Shown: piece by piece, positions 18,754 through 26,711 of the stretch
Numbering within the stretch: the stretch's first letter is position 1
Layout: each line of letters opens with the position of its first letter
Origin: a virus
Lineage: Duplodnaviria; Caudoviricetes
IMG/VR virus record: IMGVR_UViG_3300037755_000216
Span: 7,017 to 71,016 of that record
Strand: one strand, 5' to 3'
Length of the DNA stretch: 64,000 nt
The notes under the pieces: generated by a model
Database searches by the model: none
Seen by the model: only the letters and a program-made list of their open reading frames with translations
Told to the model about the DNA's origin: nothing
Made by a program: the position numbers and the translations under genes

Positions 18754-18783
18754 AGTATCACCATATCACGGTATTCGTGTCAA
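18754..18783 (-). promoter_or_regulatory. Sigma70-like promoter giving an apparently leaderless mRNA
   Basis: TTGACA (18783-18778), 18-nt spacer, GATACT (18759-18754); predicted +1 is the A of ATG 18747; no SD. Confidence 0.65.
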
Positions 18784-20411
18784 GCGTAGGTTCTGCGCTT
18801 CCACGAAAACGGGCTGATTTCCTCGACAGGTTCGTCATCCGGCAGCGTCAGATCGTAGTAGCGCCGCATGTACTGCCACGCCATGCTGACCGTGCTCTCG
18901 ATGTCATCGTGATCGCCGTTCGGGAACTTGCCGCAGCTATCGATCACGCGATTCGACCACACTTTCGGCACGTACCAGATGCAGCCTTTCTCCAGCATCA
19001 AACTCGACGCCTTCACTCGTGACATCAGATCAGCGCCGCTGGGTATTTTTATGGCCTTGATCGGCAAGCCTTTGCGACGTCCTTCCTGAATGAGCGAGTG
19101 GCCAGATGCTTTTTTCTCAATCAGAATCCACGTCGGTCCGCGCGCCTTGTCGCGTGCAATCATCTCATCGCGCAGCTCCGGAAACTCCAAGCGCTCGCAC
19201 AGCATGTCCAACAACATCGCACAGGTTCGCGTCTTTCCCTCTCGAACCCGGCCCGTCTTCGGATCGCGCTCGGACTCCATGAATTCGAACAGGCCCCACT
19301 CGGTCATTGCCGTGTAGTCGGCTTCCTCGTGTTCTTCGAATGCGGTATCCCATACCTGGATCACCTCGAAGAAGTTTGGCATCGGGCGAACCTTGCCGGC
19401 GCTTGGATGGCCTTCCGGATACACCCACTGGCGCCACCAGTCTTTCTTCAGGATCAGACCGCCCTCGCCCTCTGGCTGCTGCTGGTACTGCGCGGCCCAC
19501 GCGCGCTTGCTGATGATGACCTTCTCGGTCTCAGCCGTTTCCGCGGAGAAATGCTGCGGGTGAAGCAACTCGCCTTCCACCTTGCGCGGATCCTCGAAGA
19601 TCGGCTTGGCGCCCTTCTTCACGCCGCGACCATCGTTCACGTAGGTGATGCATTTGCGCTTCGGGTCGAACTCCAGCGGCAGTGACAGGACCACCCATCG
19701 ATCGCGCTCGCGCTCCAGCACATGCCCGTACACATCACGGCTGTGCGTGCGCTGGCCAATCAGGATTCGCTTGGCTGAGTTCGGGTTGTTGACGCGATTG
19801 CGAAACGCGTTGTCGTACCATGCGTTCGTGTTCTGACGCACTTGATCCGACTCCACCTTATTCGGATCGCTGAAGTCATCCCCGATCTGCACCGTGCCAC
19901 CGTCACCCACGACACGACCATGTGTGGACATGACCATGCGAAAGCCATTCTCGGAATTGCGATACATGCGCGCCTGGTTCTCATCAGGCAGCAGGTAGTA
20001 CCGACCCCCGTAGAGCGATTGATACCAGCCCGATTCGATCAGGCGCCGCGAGGCGATCGAGTCGCGCAGCGCCAAGCGTTCATCCACCGATGCCGTGATG
20101 TACTGATCGTTCGGCAGCCACAACCAATTCCACACCGGCCACATGACGCTACAGGTCGAACTTTTCGTGTGTCTAGGGGGATACGAAATCATGAGATTGC
20201 GAATCTCACCCATCGTCACATACGAAAGGTGATCGCACAGGGCATCCAAGTGCCAGTTCCACATAAGCACTAGCGGATAGATCTGCGACCACGCGCGCTG
20301 GCAGAACAAGCGCATAGATCGACGCATGCGTTCGGCCGCGACGATCGTCAGCAACTGCGATGGATTCGCTCGCGCGGCCGGTTCGCGCAGAAGGTTCTCG
20401 GTCTCAGACAT
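18780..20411 (-). CDS. terL: Terminase large subunit
   Basis: PPRHTKS Walker A, IGDDF Walker B region, IQVWDTAF...ADYTA, IEKKASG and FPNGDHDD nuclease motifs. Confidence 0.95.
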   Translation of the reverse strand: MSETENLLREPAARANPSQLLTIVAAERMRRSMRLFCQRAWSQIYPLVLMWNWHLDALCDHLSYVTMGEIRNLMISYPPRHTKSSTCSVMWPVWNWLWLPNDQYITASVDERLALRDSIASRRLIESGWYQSLYGGRYYLLPDENQARMYRNSENGFRMVMSTHGRVVGDGGTVQIGDDFSDPNKVESDQVRQNTNAWYDNAFRNRVNNPNSAKRILIGQRTHSRDVYGHVLERERDRWVVLSLPLEFDPKRKCITYVNDGRGVKKGAKPIFEDPRKVEGELLHPQHFSAETAETEKVIISKRAWAAQYQQQPEGEGGLILKKDWWRQWVYPEGHPSAGKVRPMPNFFEVIQVWDTAFEEHEEADYTAMTEWGLFEFMESERDPKTGRVREGKTRTCAMLLDMLCERLEFPELRDEMIARDKARGPTWILIEKKASGHSLIQEGRRKGLPIKAIKIPSGADLMSRVKASSLMLEKGCIWYVPKVWSNRVIDSCGKFPNGDHDDIESTVSMAWQYMRRYYDLTLPDDEPVEEISPFSWKRRTYA

Positions 20412-20437
20412 AGGCTCGGGCTACCCGCCCGGAAGGT

Positions 20438-20743
20438 TTACTCGATCGTGATCGTGATTTTGGCCCCGAGTTGGTCAGCGAACCGGATCAGCCATGGCAG
20501 AGAGAACTCTCCGACGTATCCCCACTTCAGCAACTTGAGCCGATGATAGGGCACATTGGTGGCGATCACCGCCTGATAGAAATTCCCGTAATTGGCGATG
20601 ATTCGCTGAGAGATGCCAACCATCAGCGCCATCTTGACCTGGTCGATGGCGTCCAGCGTAGGACTGATGGCCTCAGTCGCCGGCATCGTAGGCTTGCTTG
20701 TTGCGCTGCCGGATCTTCCGTGCAGTGCCTTCGGCTGAGACAT
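20438..20743 (-). CDS. XRE/HigA2-like helix-turn-helix protein
   Basis: C-terminal LKLLKWGYVGEFSLPWLIRFADQLGAKITITI resembles the HTH_37 pattern. Confidence 0.6.
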   Translation of the reverse strand: MSQPKALHGRSGSATSKPTMPATEAISPTLDAIDQVKMALMVGISQRIIANYGNFYQAVIATNVPYHRLKLLKWGYVGEFSLPWLIRFADQLGAKITITIE

Positions 20744-20906
20744 CCTTGGTCGGGTTCTTCGTCGGCGCCGGTGCCGGCCTCACGGGCGCGGCGTACTGAC
20801 CTGCTGGCTCAGTTTCTGCCAGCCGTTCCTTCAGCATCCGCCGCCGCGTCTCTGGGTCCGCTGGCCCCACCTTGTTGCGTTCGTCCTTCTGCGCTCGACC
20901 TGGCAT
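20673..20906 (-). CDS. Small hypothetical protein
   Basis: 77 aa, charged; SD GGAGG upstream. Confidence 0.55.
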   Translation of the reverse strand: MPGRAQKDERNKVGPADPETRRRMLKERLAETEPAGQYAAPVRPAPAPTKNPTKDVSAEGTARKIRQRNKQAYDAGD

Positions 20907-21097
20907 CAGTACATCCTCCCACGCACACGAGGTGTCTTCACGGACGGGGAGGCCGGACCTAGGCGCGTGCTAGGACTGGCCACCGCGGAAGCCATGGGGC
21001 CGGCCATACCGCGCTGTACGACCGGCGAGGTAGTGAGCAGGGTGTTTCTGGGAGCCATCCCTAGATGGCGCAGGTCGCGTATGGATCGTGAGGCCAT
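20906..21097 (-). CDS. Small basic hypothetical protein
   Basis: Start moved to ATG 21097 with GGGGA SD. Confidence 0.5.
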   Translation of the reverse strand: MASRSIRDLRHLGMAPRNTLLTTSPVVQRGMAGPMASAVASPSTRLGPASPSVKTPRVRGRMY

Positions 21098-21650
21098 GGT
21101 CAGTCCCCGCTGTTGTTGCACGGGAATCTACCACAAGTTGAAAAGTGGCGGCAGGAATGACCAGGCTACACGTCTTTGGGCGCGTGCTACCACTGATGGA
21201 CCTCGTTACCTGGATCGTTCACACCCGGACGAGGCGCGCCGGGCTCAGATACTTCCACCCCACCGATCTGCCCTGGCCTTAGCCTTAAGTTGAGCCTAGC
21301 CGTACCAGTCATCCACCTTTTGCGCCAGCCAGCGCTGGTCGCGACAGATCAATTCAAACCTCGACCATTGCCGCACCCGCCAACGGAGCACCGAAGGCGG
21401 GGCGGACTTCTTTAGGGCGGCAGGCCAGTCGTTGCTGATTTCCCCTGTAGCTTACGGGATCAATCCGAAGCCTTCAAAACAGGACCGCCCTTTTCAAGTA
21501 TCAAAATACGGGGGCAACTCCACGAGTCGGTTCCGGTGTCCGGCATCCTTCGCCGGGTCGGCATGGCACTGTGCGTCATGCACTTGGCTACCCTATCACT
21601 AGCTTCGTTCCGCGCTTAAGACTCGCGGTTAGCCCCCTTCTCTTGGGTTG

Positions 21651-21824
21651 TCAGTTACTCAATTCTGCCAGTTGCTGCTTCAACTCGGCCAGCCTTTTTT
21701 CGGCCTTCTCAACATTGAGCGGCGCATCGGCCTGCCCATGCTTGAAGTCTACGATCTTGCATTCGAGTTGATAGATCTCGCTGCGCGAGGCCACTATTCG
21801 ATCATAGGTTTCTTGGTTGCTCAT
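21651..21824 (-). CDS. 57-aa coiled-coil protein (absent from the track)
   Basis: MSNQETYDRIVASRSEIYQLECK...LAELSN; ATGA-coupled to the terS stop. Confidence 0.6.
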   Translation of the reverse strand: MSNQETYDRIVASRSEIYQLECKIVDFKHGQADAPLNVEKAEKRLAELKQQLAELSN

Positions 21825-22525
21825 TTCTCGGTCACATCCTCGTACTCACCCTCGATCGTGACCCCGAGCAACTGCCGCGCTTTCTGCGGACCCACCGCCA
21901 GCAGCAGCTTCGCCTCGACTTCCTCCAAGAGTGCATTGCCGACGTCGGTCAAGTCAACACTCTGGCGCATGTGCAAGTGCCGGTGCTCCTGGATCAACTT
22001 GTCGTGGAACATGCCGAAGTGCCGGCCGGCGGCGATCAGAGCTGGGATCTTCTCGTCACGATTCGGTATCCGGTATGTGGCTGTACCGTTCTTCTGGAAC
22101 CTGATGCCGGAGATCGCGGCGGCCTGCAAGCGCGTGAGCTCAGTGATCGGCTTCTGCCGCACCTTTTTCTTGCCGCCTTCCTCGTACACCTCGATGTAGT
22201 CGTGCGGATTCGCAAACCCCATCGACATCAGTTCTTCCAGAATCTCTTTCTGGCCGCGGACCGCAGTCTGGGTCAGCACCTTTTCTTTTTCTGTCTGCCG
22301 CTTCGCAAGGTAGGTGGCGAACTTACGATAGAGCTTGTGCCCTTGTGCCACATTTTTATAACCCGCTTTGCGGCGGGCCTGCTCTTGGTTGTAGCACTTC
22401 AGCCATGATTCGCAGAATGCGTGCTCCATCGCCGTCTTCGGCATCACCATGTTCGCCGTGCCGATGGCTGGCTTCGCGCGGTGATGACTTGGTTTAGGTG
22501 CTACCTTCGCTGCTGCTCCACCCAT
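21821..22525 (-). CDS. terS: Terminase small subunit
   Basis: AFCESWLKCYNQEQARRKAGY N-terminus, ILEELMSMGFAN..DY, KIPALIAAGRHFGMF; upstream of terL. Confidence 0.82.
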   Translation of the reverse strand: MGGAAAKVAPKPSHHRAKPAIGTANMVMPKTAMEHAFCESWLKCYNQEQARRKAGYKNVAQGHKLYRKFATYLAKRQTEKEKVLTQTAVRGQKEILEELMSMGFANPHDYIEVYEEGGKKKVRQKPITELTRLQAAAISGIRFQKNGTATYRIPNRDEKIPALIAAGRHFGMFHDKLIQEHRHLHMRQSVDLTDVGNALLEEVEAKLLLAVGPQKARQLLGVTIEGEYEDVTEK

Positions 22526-22728
22526 CGGCGCCCTCGTAGCTGTACGATCACGTTGTCACCCACCGGAATCAGTCGAAGCGTATCGTATTCCAACAGCTCG
22601 ATGCCAATGTGAGCACACAGCGCCTTCGCGGCTTCCTCCAAACTCTGATACTTCTGCGTGCTCGCGGCGGCGCGCGGCAGGGTGAAGTCCAACGTGTCGC
22701 ACATCATTACGTCGAAAACTAGGTCCAT
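22501..22728 (-). CDS. Hypothetical protein
   Basis: Start moved to ATG 22728; fills the gap on the operon strand. Confidence 0.45.
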   Translation of the reverse strand: MDLVFDVMMCDTLDFTLPRAAASTQKYQSLEEAAKALCAHIGIELLEYDTLRLIPVGDNVIVQLRGRRWVEQQRR

Positions 22729-22735
22729 GGACTTG

Positions 22736-22960
22736 CTACCGAACGACCCAGACATCCGATTCTTCAACCAGCACCTGAGCACCGTCAGGCAAGGCAAAGA
22801 GTACCGCTTGGCCTGGGCGCGCTTGGCGGTAGTCCAACAACTCGTAACCGCCGCCGATCCGCTTCCACACGGTCAGCACCGTGAAGTCATCCGACGTGCC
22901 TACATCAACGCTTGCAATGAGTGCAGCCGGCGGCTCACGGTGTTGGAAGAACGATTTCAT
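22736..22960 (-). CDS. Hypothetical protein
   Basis: Start moved to ATG 22960 (MKSFFQH). Confidence 0.5.
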   Translation of the reverse strand: MKSFFQHREPPAALIASVDVGTSDDFTVLTVWKRIGGGYELLDYRQARPGQAVLFALPDGAQVLVEESDVWVVR

Positions 22961-22974
22961 TGGCCACCTTGAGT

Positions 22975-23514
22975 TTAACCCCAAGCCTCTTTCAGAACCG
23001 CATCCCTATCCGGCTCGATTTCCCACAGGCTGATCACCATCCGGCCTTCTTTGATCACTGGCCCGAGGCGCACGCGCAGATCAACTACTTGGTCATCGTC
23101 TTCGTATACGCCAACCTGCTCGAATACGTCCAGCAGCACCTTCGTGTAGTTATGCGGATCCAAGGAGCGCTTGCTGAACGGGCACACCACAACATCCATG
23201 CGCAGCGGCTTGCTGGTGTGGAACATGATGCGCTTGATCAGCGCCAGTTCCTTCATCGTCTCGAGGTACTCCTTGGACTGATCGCTCGTGACATTCATCG
23301 AGCGAAAGCGCTTGTACACCTCGCGCATGCTGGTGAGCGTCAACGGGAACTTCGTGCCCTTCACGCACATCAAGACGATCCGCCAGTAGCGATTGGATGA
23401 CGGACACAACGGCACCATCAAACCGCGCAGCAATTGCGATCCGCCATCACGAGGGACAGCGTTCGGCCGCTGCGGCGTCTCAAGCAGCGACTGTTGTAAG
23501 ACCGGCTCGTTCAT
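22975..23514 (-). CDS. rusA: RusA-family Holliday junction resolvase
   Basis: PSSNRYWR, DPHNYTKVLLDVF..VGVYEDDDQVVDL; start moved to ATG 23514. Confidence 0.82.
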   Translation of the reverse strand: MNEPVLQQSLLETPQRPNAVPRDGGSQLLRGLMVPLCPSSNRYWRIVLMCVKGTKFPLTLTSMREVYKRFRSMNVTSDQSKEYLETMKELALIKRIMFHTSKPLRMDVVVCPFSKRSLDPHNYTKVLLDVFEQVGVYEDDDQVVDLRVRLGPVIKEGRMVISLWEIEPDRDAVLKEAWG

Positions 23515-23896
23515 AGATGCAGTACCCGAATTGCTGCCAGATGATGACCCTGATTGCTTCAAGCCACTGCGCTTGCGTGCCAAAAGCCACTTCCCACTCC
23601 GCCACGCCCTTGTATTCGCCCTGGCCATTGTCGATCCCCATGTGACCCGTGTGGTATTCCGGCGCCAACGGGATAACAAGCCAATCGTTCTGCTTCTGGC
23701 CCATGCCTGGAGACCAACGCTTGCCGAAGGTTTCGATGATAGAACCGCCGTGCACATGGTGAATCGTGGCTGGCGTTTTGCCACTGATGCAGCATCCCAA
23801 TTTGGATACGCGTCCCCAATGGTCGCGGATCTCATTTGGCACGGTCTTGCGGCGCGACGGCTTCATGCGGCTACGTTTTAGCGGTGAGCGCTTCAC
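23480..23896 (-). CDS. Ref/DUF968-like HNH-type nuclease
   Basis: LGCCISG...TIHHV...GMGQK..DWLVIPLAPEYH.G; GTG 23896 coupled to the upstream stop. Confidence 0.72.
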   Translation of the reverse strand: MKRSPLKRSRMKPSRRKTVPNEIRDHWGRVSKLGCCISGKTPATIHHVHGGSIIETFGKRWSPGMGQKQNDWLVIPLAPEYHTGHMGIDNGQGEYKGVAEWEVAFGTQAQWLEAIRVIIWQQFGYCIYERAGLTTVAA

Positions 23897-24171
23897 TTCG
23901 ATACCGCATTGGCTGGATTGGCGGGATGCTCGGCCCATATCTTCGCATGCCGTGGACACAGATCCTTCCCCGGCGCTGGCGAATGCGTGCAGCCATCGCA
24001 TAACCCAGCGTCGCAAGTGTGGTAGCTATCTATCTTCCAATCGCACGCCTTCGACACAGATTTGCCAGATCCGCATTTGCAGCTCTTCGCTCGCCTGCCT
24101 CTGGTACAGACGATCGCGTTGATCTCGTCGACCTTAACGTGCGTGCACTTCACTTCGACTCCATCGGGCAA
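23893..24171 (-). CDS. Cys-rich zinc-binding protein
   Basis: CKC, CD...TCDAGLCDGC...DLCPRH. Confidence 0.65.
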   Translation of the reverse strand: MPDGVEVKCTHVKVDEINAIVCTRGRRAKSCKCGSGKSVSKACDWKIDSYHTCDAGLCDGCTHSPAPGKDLCPRHAKIWAEHPANPANAVSK

Positions 24172-24303
24172 TGCCGATTATTTCTCGTGTGCTTGCAGAA
24201 GTACTGCCGTGCGTTGCAACCACGCAGAAGACACGGATAAAAGTGTTCCTTCCCATCGCACCATAATTCGGTGTGCCATATGTGTAGACAAGGACGCGTG
24301 GGA

Positions 24304-24378
24304 TGGCGAACCGTGCGGGAATCGAACCCGCGTCTTCTGGTTGAAGGCCAGAGATTCTGACCACTGAAATAACGGTTC
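24304..24378 (-). tRNA. tRNA-Glu (TTC) with C at position 33
   Basis: GAACCGT/ACGGTTC acceptor, G73, CCA; TCTGG-CCTTCAA-CCAGA anticodon arm; GCGGG-TTCGATT-CCCGC T arm; 75 nt. Confidence 0.85.
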
Positions 24379-24631
24379 ATCGTAACTCGTCGATCTTGTA
24401 CCCGAATCTATTCTGCAGCACCGAGCGTTCCGTCAAGTGCAGATCCCGGCCAACGTACTCGTTCAATACCCGCATCAAATGATCCTGCTTCACGATGTTG
24501 AACTTATCGCCGTGATGCGCCATGTAGGCGTCGTAGACGGTCTTCGCCAATTTGTCACCCTGCTTCACGAGATGGCCCACGTAGTGTCCATGGCCGCGCA
24601 GATAGTGGATGCACTGGGGGAAGGTCATCAA
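24377..24631 (-). CDS. Hypothetical protein
   Basis: 84-aa ORF ending at the tRNA 5' end. Confidence 0.6.
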   Translation of the reverse strand: MMTFPQCIHYLRGHGHYVGHLVKQGDKLAKTVYDAYMAHHGDKFNIVKQDHLMRVLNEYVGRDLHLTERSVLQNRFGYKIDELR

Positions 24632-24737
24632 GATTCAGGTCTCTTCTGCGGGATGAGATGACAACCGGCCTGCGTGACCCGAGAGACTCCACGGAGCGAA
24701 TCCCAAGGAAACGGCTGTCACGCAAGCCGGCGGCCAA

Positions 24738-25499
24738 TTACTTAGACTGTGATTTCTTGAAGGCCCGATCCAGTTCTTCTTTCGTCGCGAACTTGCTCAT
24801 GTCGGCGGGCGGCTGATCAGGCGGCGAGATGAGGTTGCTGTGGATCGTGATTTGCTCAATGTAGATGCAGTCGCCCATGTCGATGTCAGCGACGGCAGCC
24901 ACCAACGGATCCGCGCACATCAACTTGAGTGCCAACTGCGGATTCAGTGCGGTCAGAACGCGCGCTGCCTCGCGCCTGTTGCAGTCGATATCAATCTTGG
25001 ACTTGCCACCAGACAGGCCAGCACCAGGCACAGCCAGTCCAGCTGACCAACCGTAGGCACAGACTGTCGAGGCGTACACGGCGGGCGCAGAGACCGACGG
25101 TGCCTGAAGCCGTTGCCGATAGTTGGAACTCACTGAGAGGCTTTGCGCGTTGCCTGCGTTCGTCGCACTGCCTCCTTGCGCGGACTGGCTCTGAGTTGCG
25201 CTAGCGTCAGCAGCACCGCCAGCTCCTCCCGTTCCAACTGCGTGAGCCTTTCCCCCTTCACCGCCTTTACCACCAATTGCAACGGCGTTCGCGTTTGCGT
25301 TTGCATCTGCATCTCCTCCGCGGCCGATCCCGACACCGACCGCTTCGGCGCCGGCAATAGCTGCACTGTTTGATTGACTGGTTACATCCGGATCACTCGG
25401 CTTCGGCGGCGATCCGGTCGCATGTGCTGCTGAAAGAATGATTGAAGCTATCGACGCGATCACTATCGCCAGAAAACCCGCTGTTTTTACTTTGCTCAC
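24738..25499 (-). CDS. Exported/membrane-anchored Gly/Ala-rich protein with Cys-containing C-terminal domain
   Basis: Signal-peptide-like N-terminus, low-complexity linker, SAPAV...C...G..GG...DCNRREAAR motif; SD GAGG. Confidence 0.7.
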   Translation of the reverse strand: MSKVKTAGFLAIVIASIASIILSAAHATGSPPKPSDPDVTSQSNSAAIAGAEAVGVGIGRGGDADANANANAVAIGGKGGEGGKAHAVGTGGAGGAADASATQSQSAQGGSATNAGNAQSLSVSSNYRQRLQAPSVSAPAVYASTVCAYGWSAGLAVPGAGLSGGKSKIDIDCNRREAARVLTALNPQLALKLMCADPLVAAVADIDMGDCIYIEQITIHSNLISPPDQPPADMSKFATKEELDRAFKKSQSK

Positions 25500-25555
25500 A
25501 AATTTTCCTCTGGTTACTAACTTCCAACGCCATGGTCTGCGCCGATTTCCGCGCC

Positions 25556-25584
25556 GACACTATCATCTGTCACTATGTCACGCA
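25556..25584 (-). promoter_or_regulatory. Sigma70-like promoter with the repeated motif in its spacer
   Basis: TTGCGT, 17-nt spacer, TAGTGT preceded by TGn; CGTGACATAGTGACAG occupies the spacer. Confidence 0.45.
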
Positions 25585-25585
25585 A

Positions 25586-26317
25586 CTATTCCTGTCCGTT
25601 GTATCGAGCGAACGGCTTGCGAACTGACGTATGGAAGCGCTCTGCCGCAGATGTATCCCAATCGATATCAGACAGACTGCTCACCCCGATCAGCCACTTG
25701 ACGTAGGCCCTGGCACTGTCAGGCGTCCAATCCCGTCCCTTCGCCCGCAGCGTCTTGGTGTACTCGCAGCGCTCGCGCAGGTAGTTGCAGAACAACGTGG
25801 AGGTGATCATCAGGTGCGCCTGCGCGGAGAGCTTGCGCTGCTTCGGCTGCTTCGTCATTTCCTCTTGAACGCGGTCGACGGCGCCAGTCTCATCGATGAC
25901 CACGAATACCGCGGCAAACAGTGAGCCTGGCGCGGTCTTGCTGCGGCGCGTATATCCGGAGAACGGATGCCGCTCTGCTTCCTCATCCAGCCAGAACTTG
26001 ACCGACTTGCCCTCGTGATTGTTCGTCCACCCGGCCAACATCAACTCGCCGTCGTAAGCAGGCGTCGTGTGCTCATCCGGTACGATCGAGACACCGAAGC
26101 GCTGGCCCACCTTCCCGTTGCGGCGTTTCTGGTATTCAGCGAAGGCATGGGTCGGCCCGTCGTCGGGTTTCTCGATCAGCCTGAATTCGGCCATTCTGCC
26201 GCTATCCAAGCTCCAGGATGCGTTCAGCAACTCCACCTCACCGCTCCAGGCAATCATGCGCTCCACCTCAGCGCTGATCTCGCCGTCGGCGGGCGCTTGC
26301 GAGTGTTCTTGCAGCAT
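25586..26317 (-). CDS. Hypothetical protein
   Basis: 243-aa ORF on the operon strand, GAGG SD. Confidence 0.7.
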   Translation of the reverse strand: MLQEHSQAPADGEISAEVERMIAWSGEVELLNASWSLDSGRMAEFRLIEKPDDGPTHAFAEYQKRRNGKVGQRFGVSIVPDEHTTPAYDGELMLAGWTNNHEGKSVKFWLDEEAERHPFSGYTRRSKTAPGSLFAAVFVVIDETGAVDRVQEEMTKQPKQRKLSAQAHLMITSTLFCNYLRERCEYTKTLRAKGRDWTPDSARAYVKWLIGVSSLSDIDWDTSAAERFHTSVRKPFARYNGQE

Positions 26318-26542
26318 TTAATCCTCTTCTTCTTTTTTGCAATCGCATGTGCTCCACGAAGGCAGCAGCAGCAAAGCCCAAAGACACCACGCCGAGTGAG
26401 TCACCCATACGGCGACGCCATAGTCACGCAGATTCCAATATGGTGGCGAAGTGACTACGGTCTGAACACGCACGCCATCAGCGATCATGGCTTTCATCAA
26501 CTCACGGCAATCCCCGACGTGTGTCTTGTTAAGCCACTGCAT
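26318..26542 (-). pseudogene. Truncated N4/N6 DNA methyltransferase remnant
   Basis: LNKTHVGDCRELM...QTVVTSPPYWNLRDYG (catalytic motif IV) then unrelated sequence and a stop at 74 aa; no SAM-binding motif I. Confidence 0.72.
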
Positions 26543-26711
26543 TCGTCACCGCTGGAAGCCGCTGCCACCGGATCAGCTTGCCGTACTTCGACTGCGTCTC
26601 GACCTCCCGCTTGCCGCAGTGGACGCAGGTCAGCGTGATGATGCGGTTCTCGCCGCTTCGTTGTTCGGCGCGACGTTGGTCGGCGCCGCAGCCGCAGGTA
26701 TTGCTGTTCAT
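26529..26711 (-). CDS. Small zinc-ribbon-like protein
   Basis: CGC...CVHCG; ATGA-coupled. Confidence 0.5.
   Translation of the reverse strand: MNSNTCGCGADQRRAEQRSGENRIITLTCVHCGKREVETQSKYGKLIRWQRLPAVTNAVA

Noticed and set aside
21122-21650. tmRNA, RNase P RNA or group I intron
   Set aside because: No tRNA-like 3' end with CCA, no complete GAGGAAAGUCC signature, and no interrupted gene.
24340-24356. Reading the Glu tRNA as an opal (TCA) suppressor
   Set aside because: The 5-bp stem TCTGG/CCAGA fixes a 7-nt loop centred on TTC; shifting the register breaks the stem. TGA is also used as a normal coupled stop throughout.
26318-26410. Programmed frameshift restoring a full methyltransferase
   Set aside because: No MTase motifs in the alternative frames, and the next gene starts immediately at 26317.
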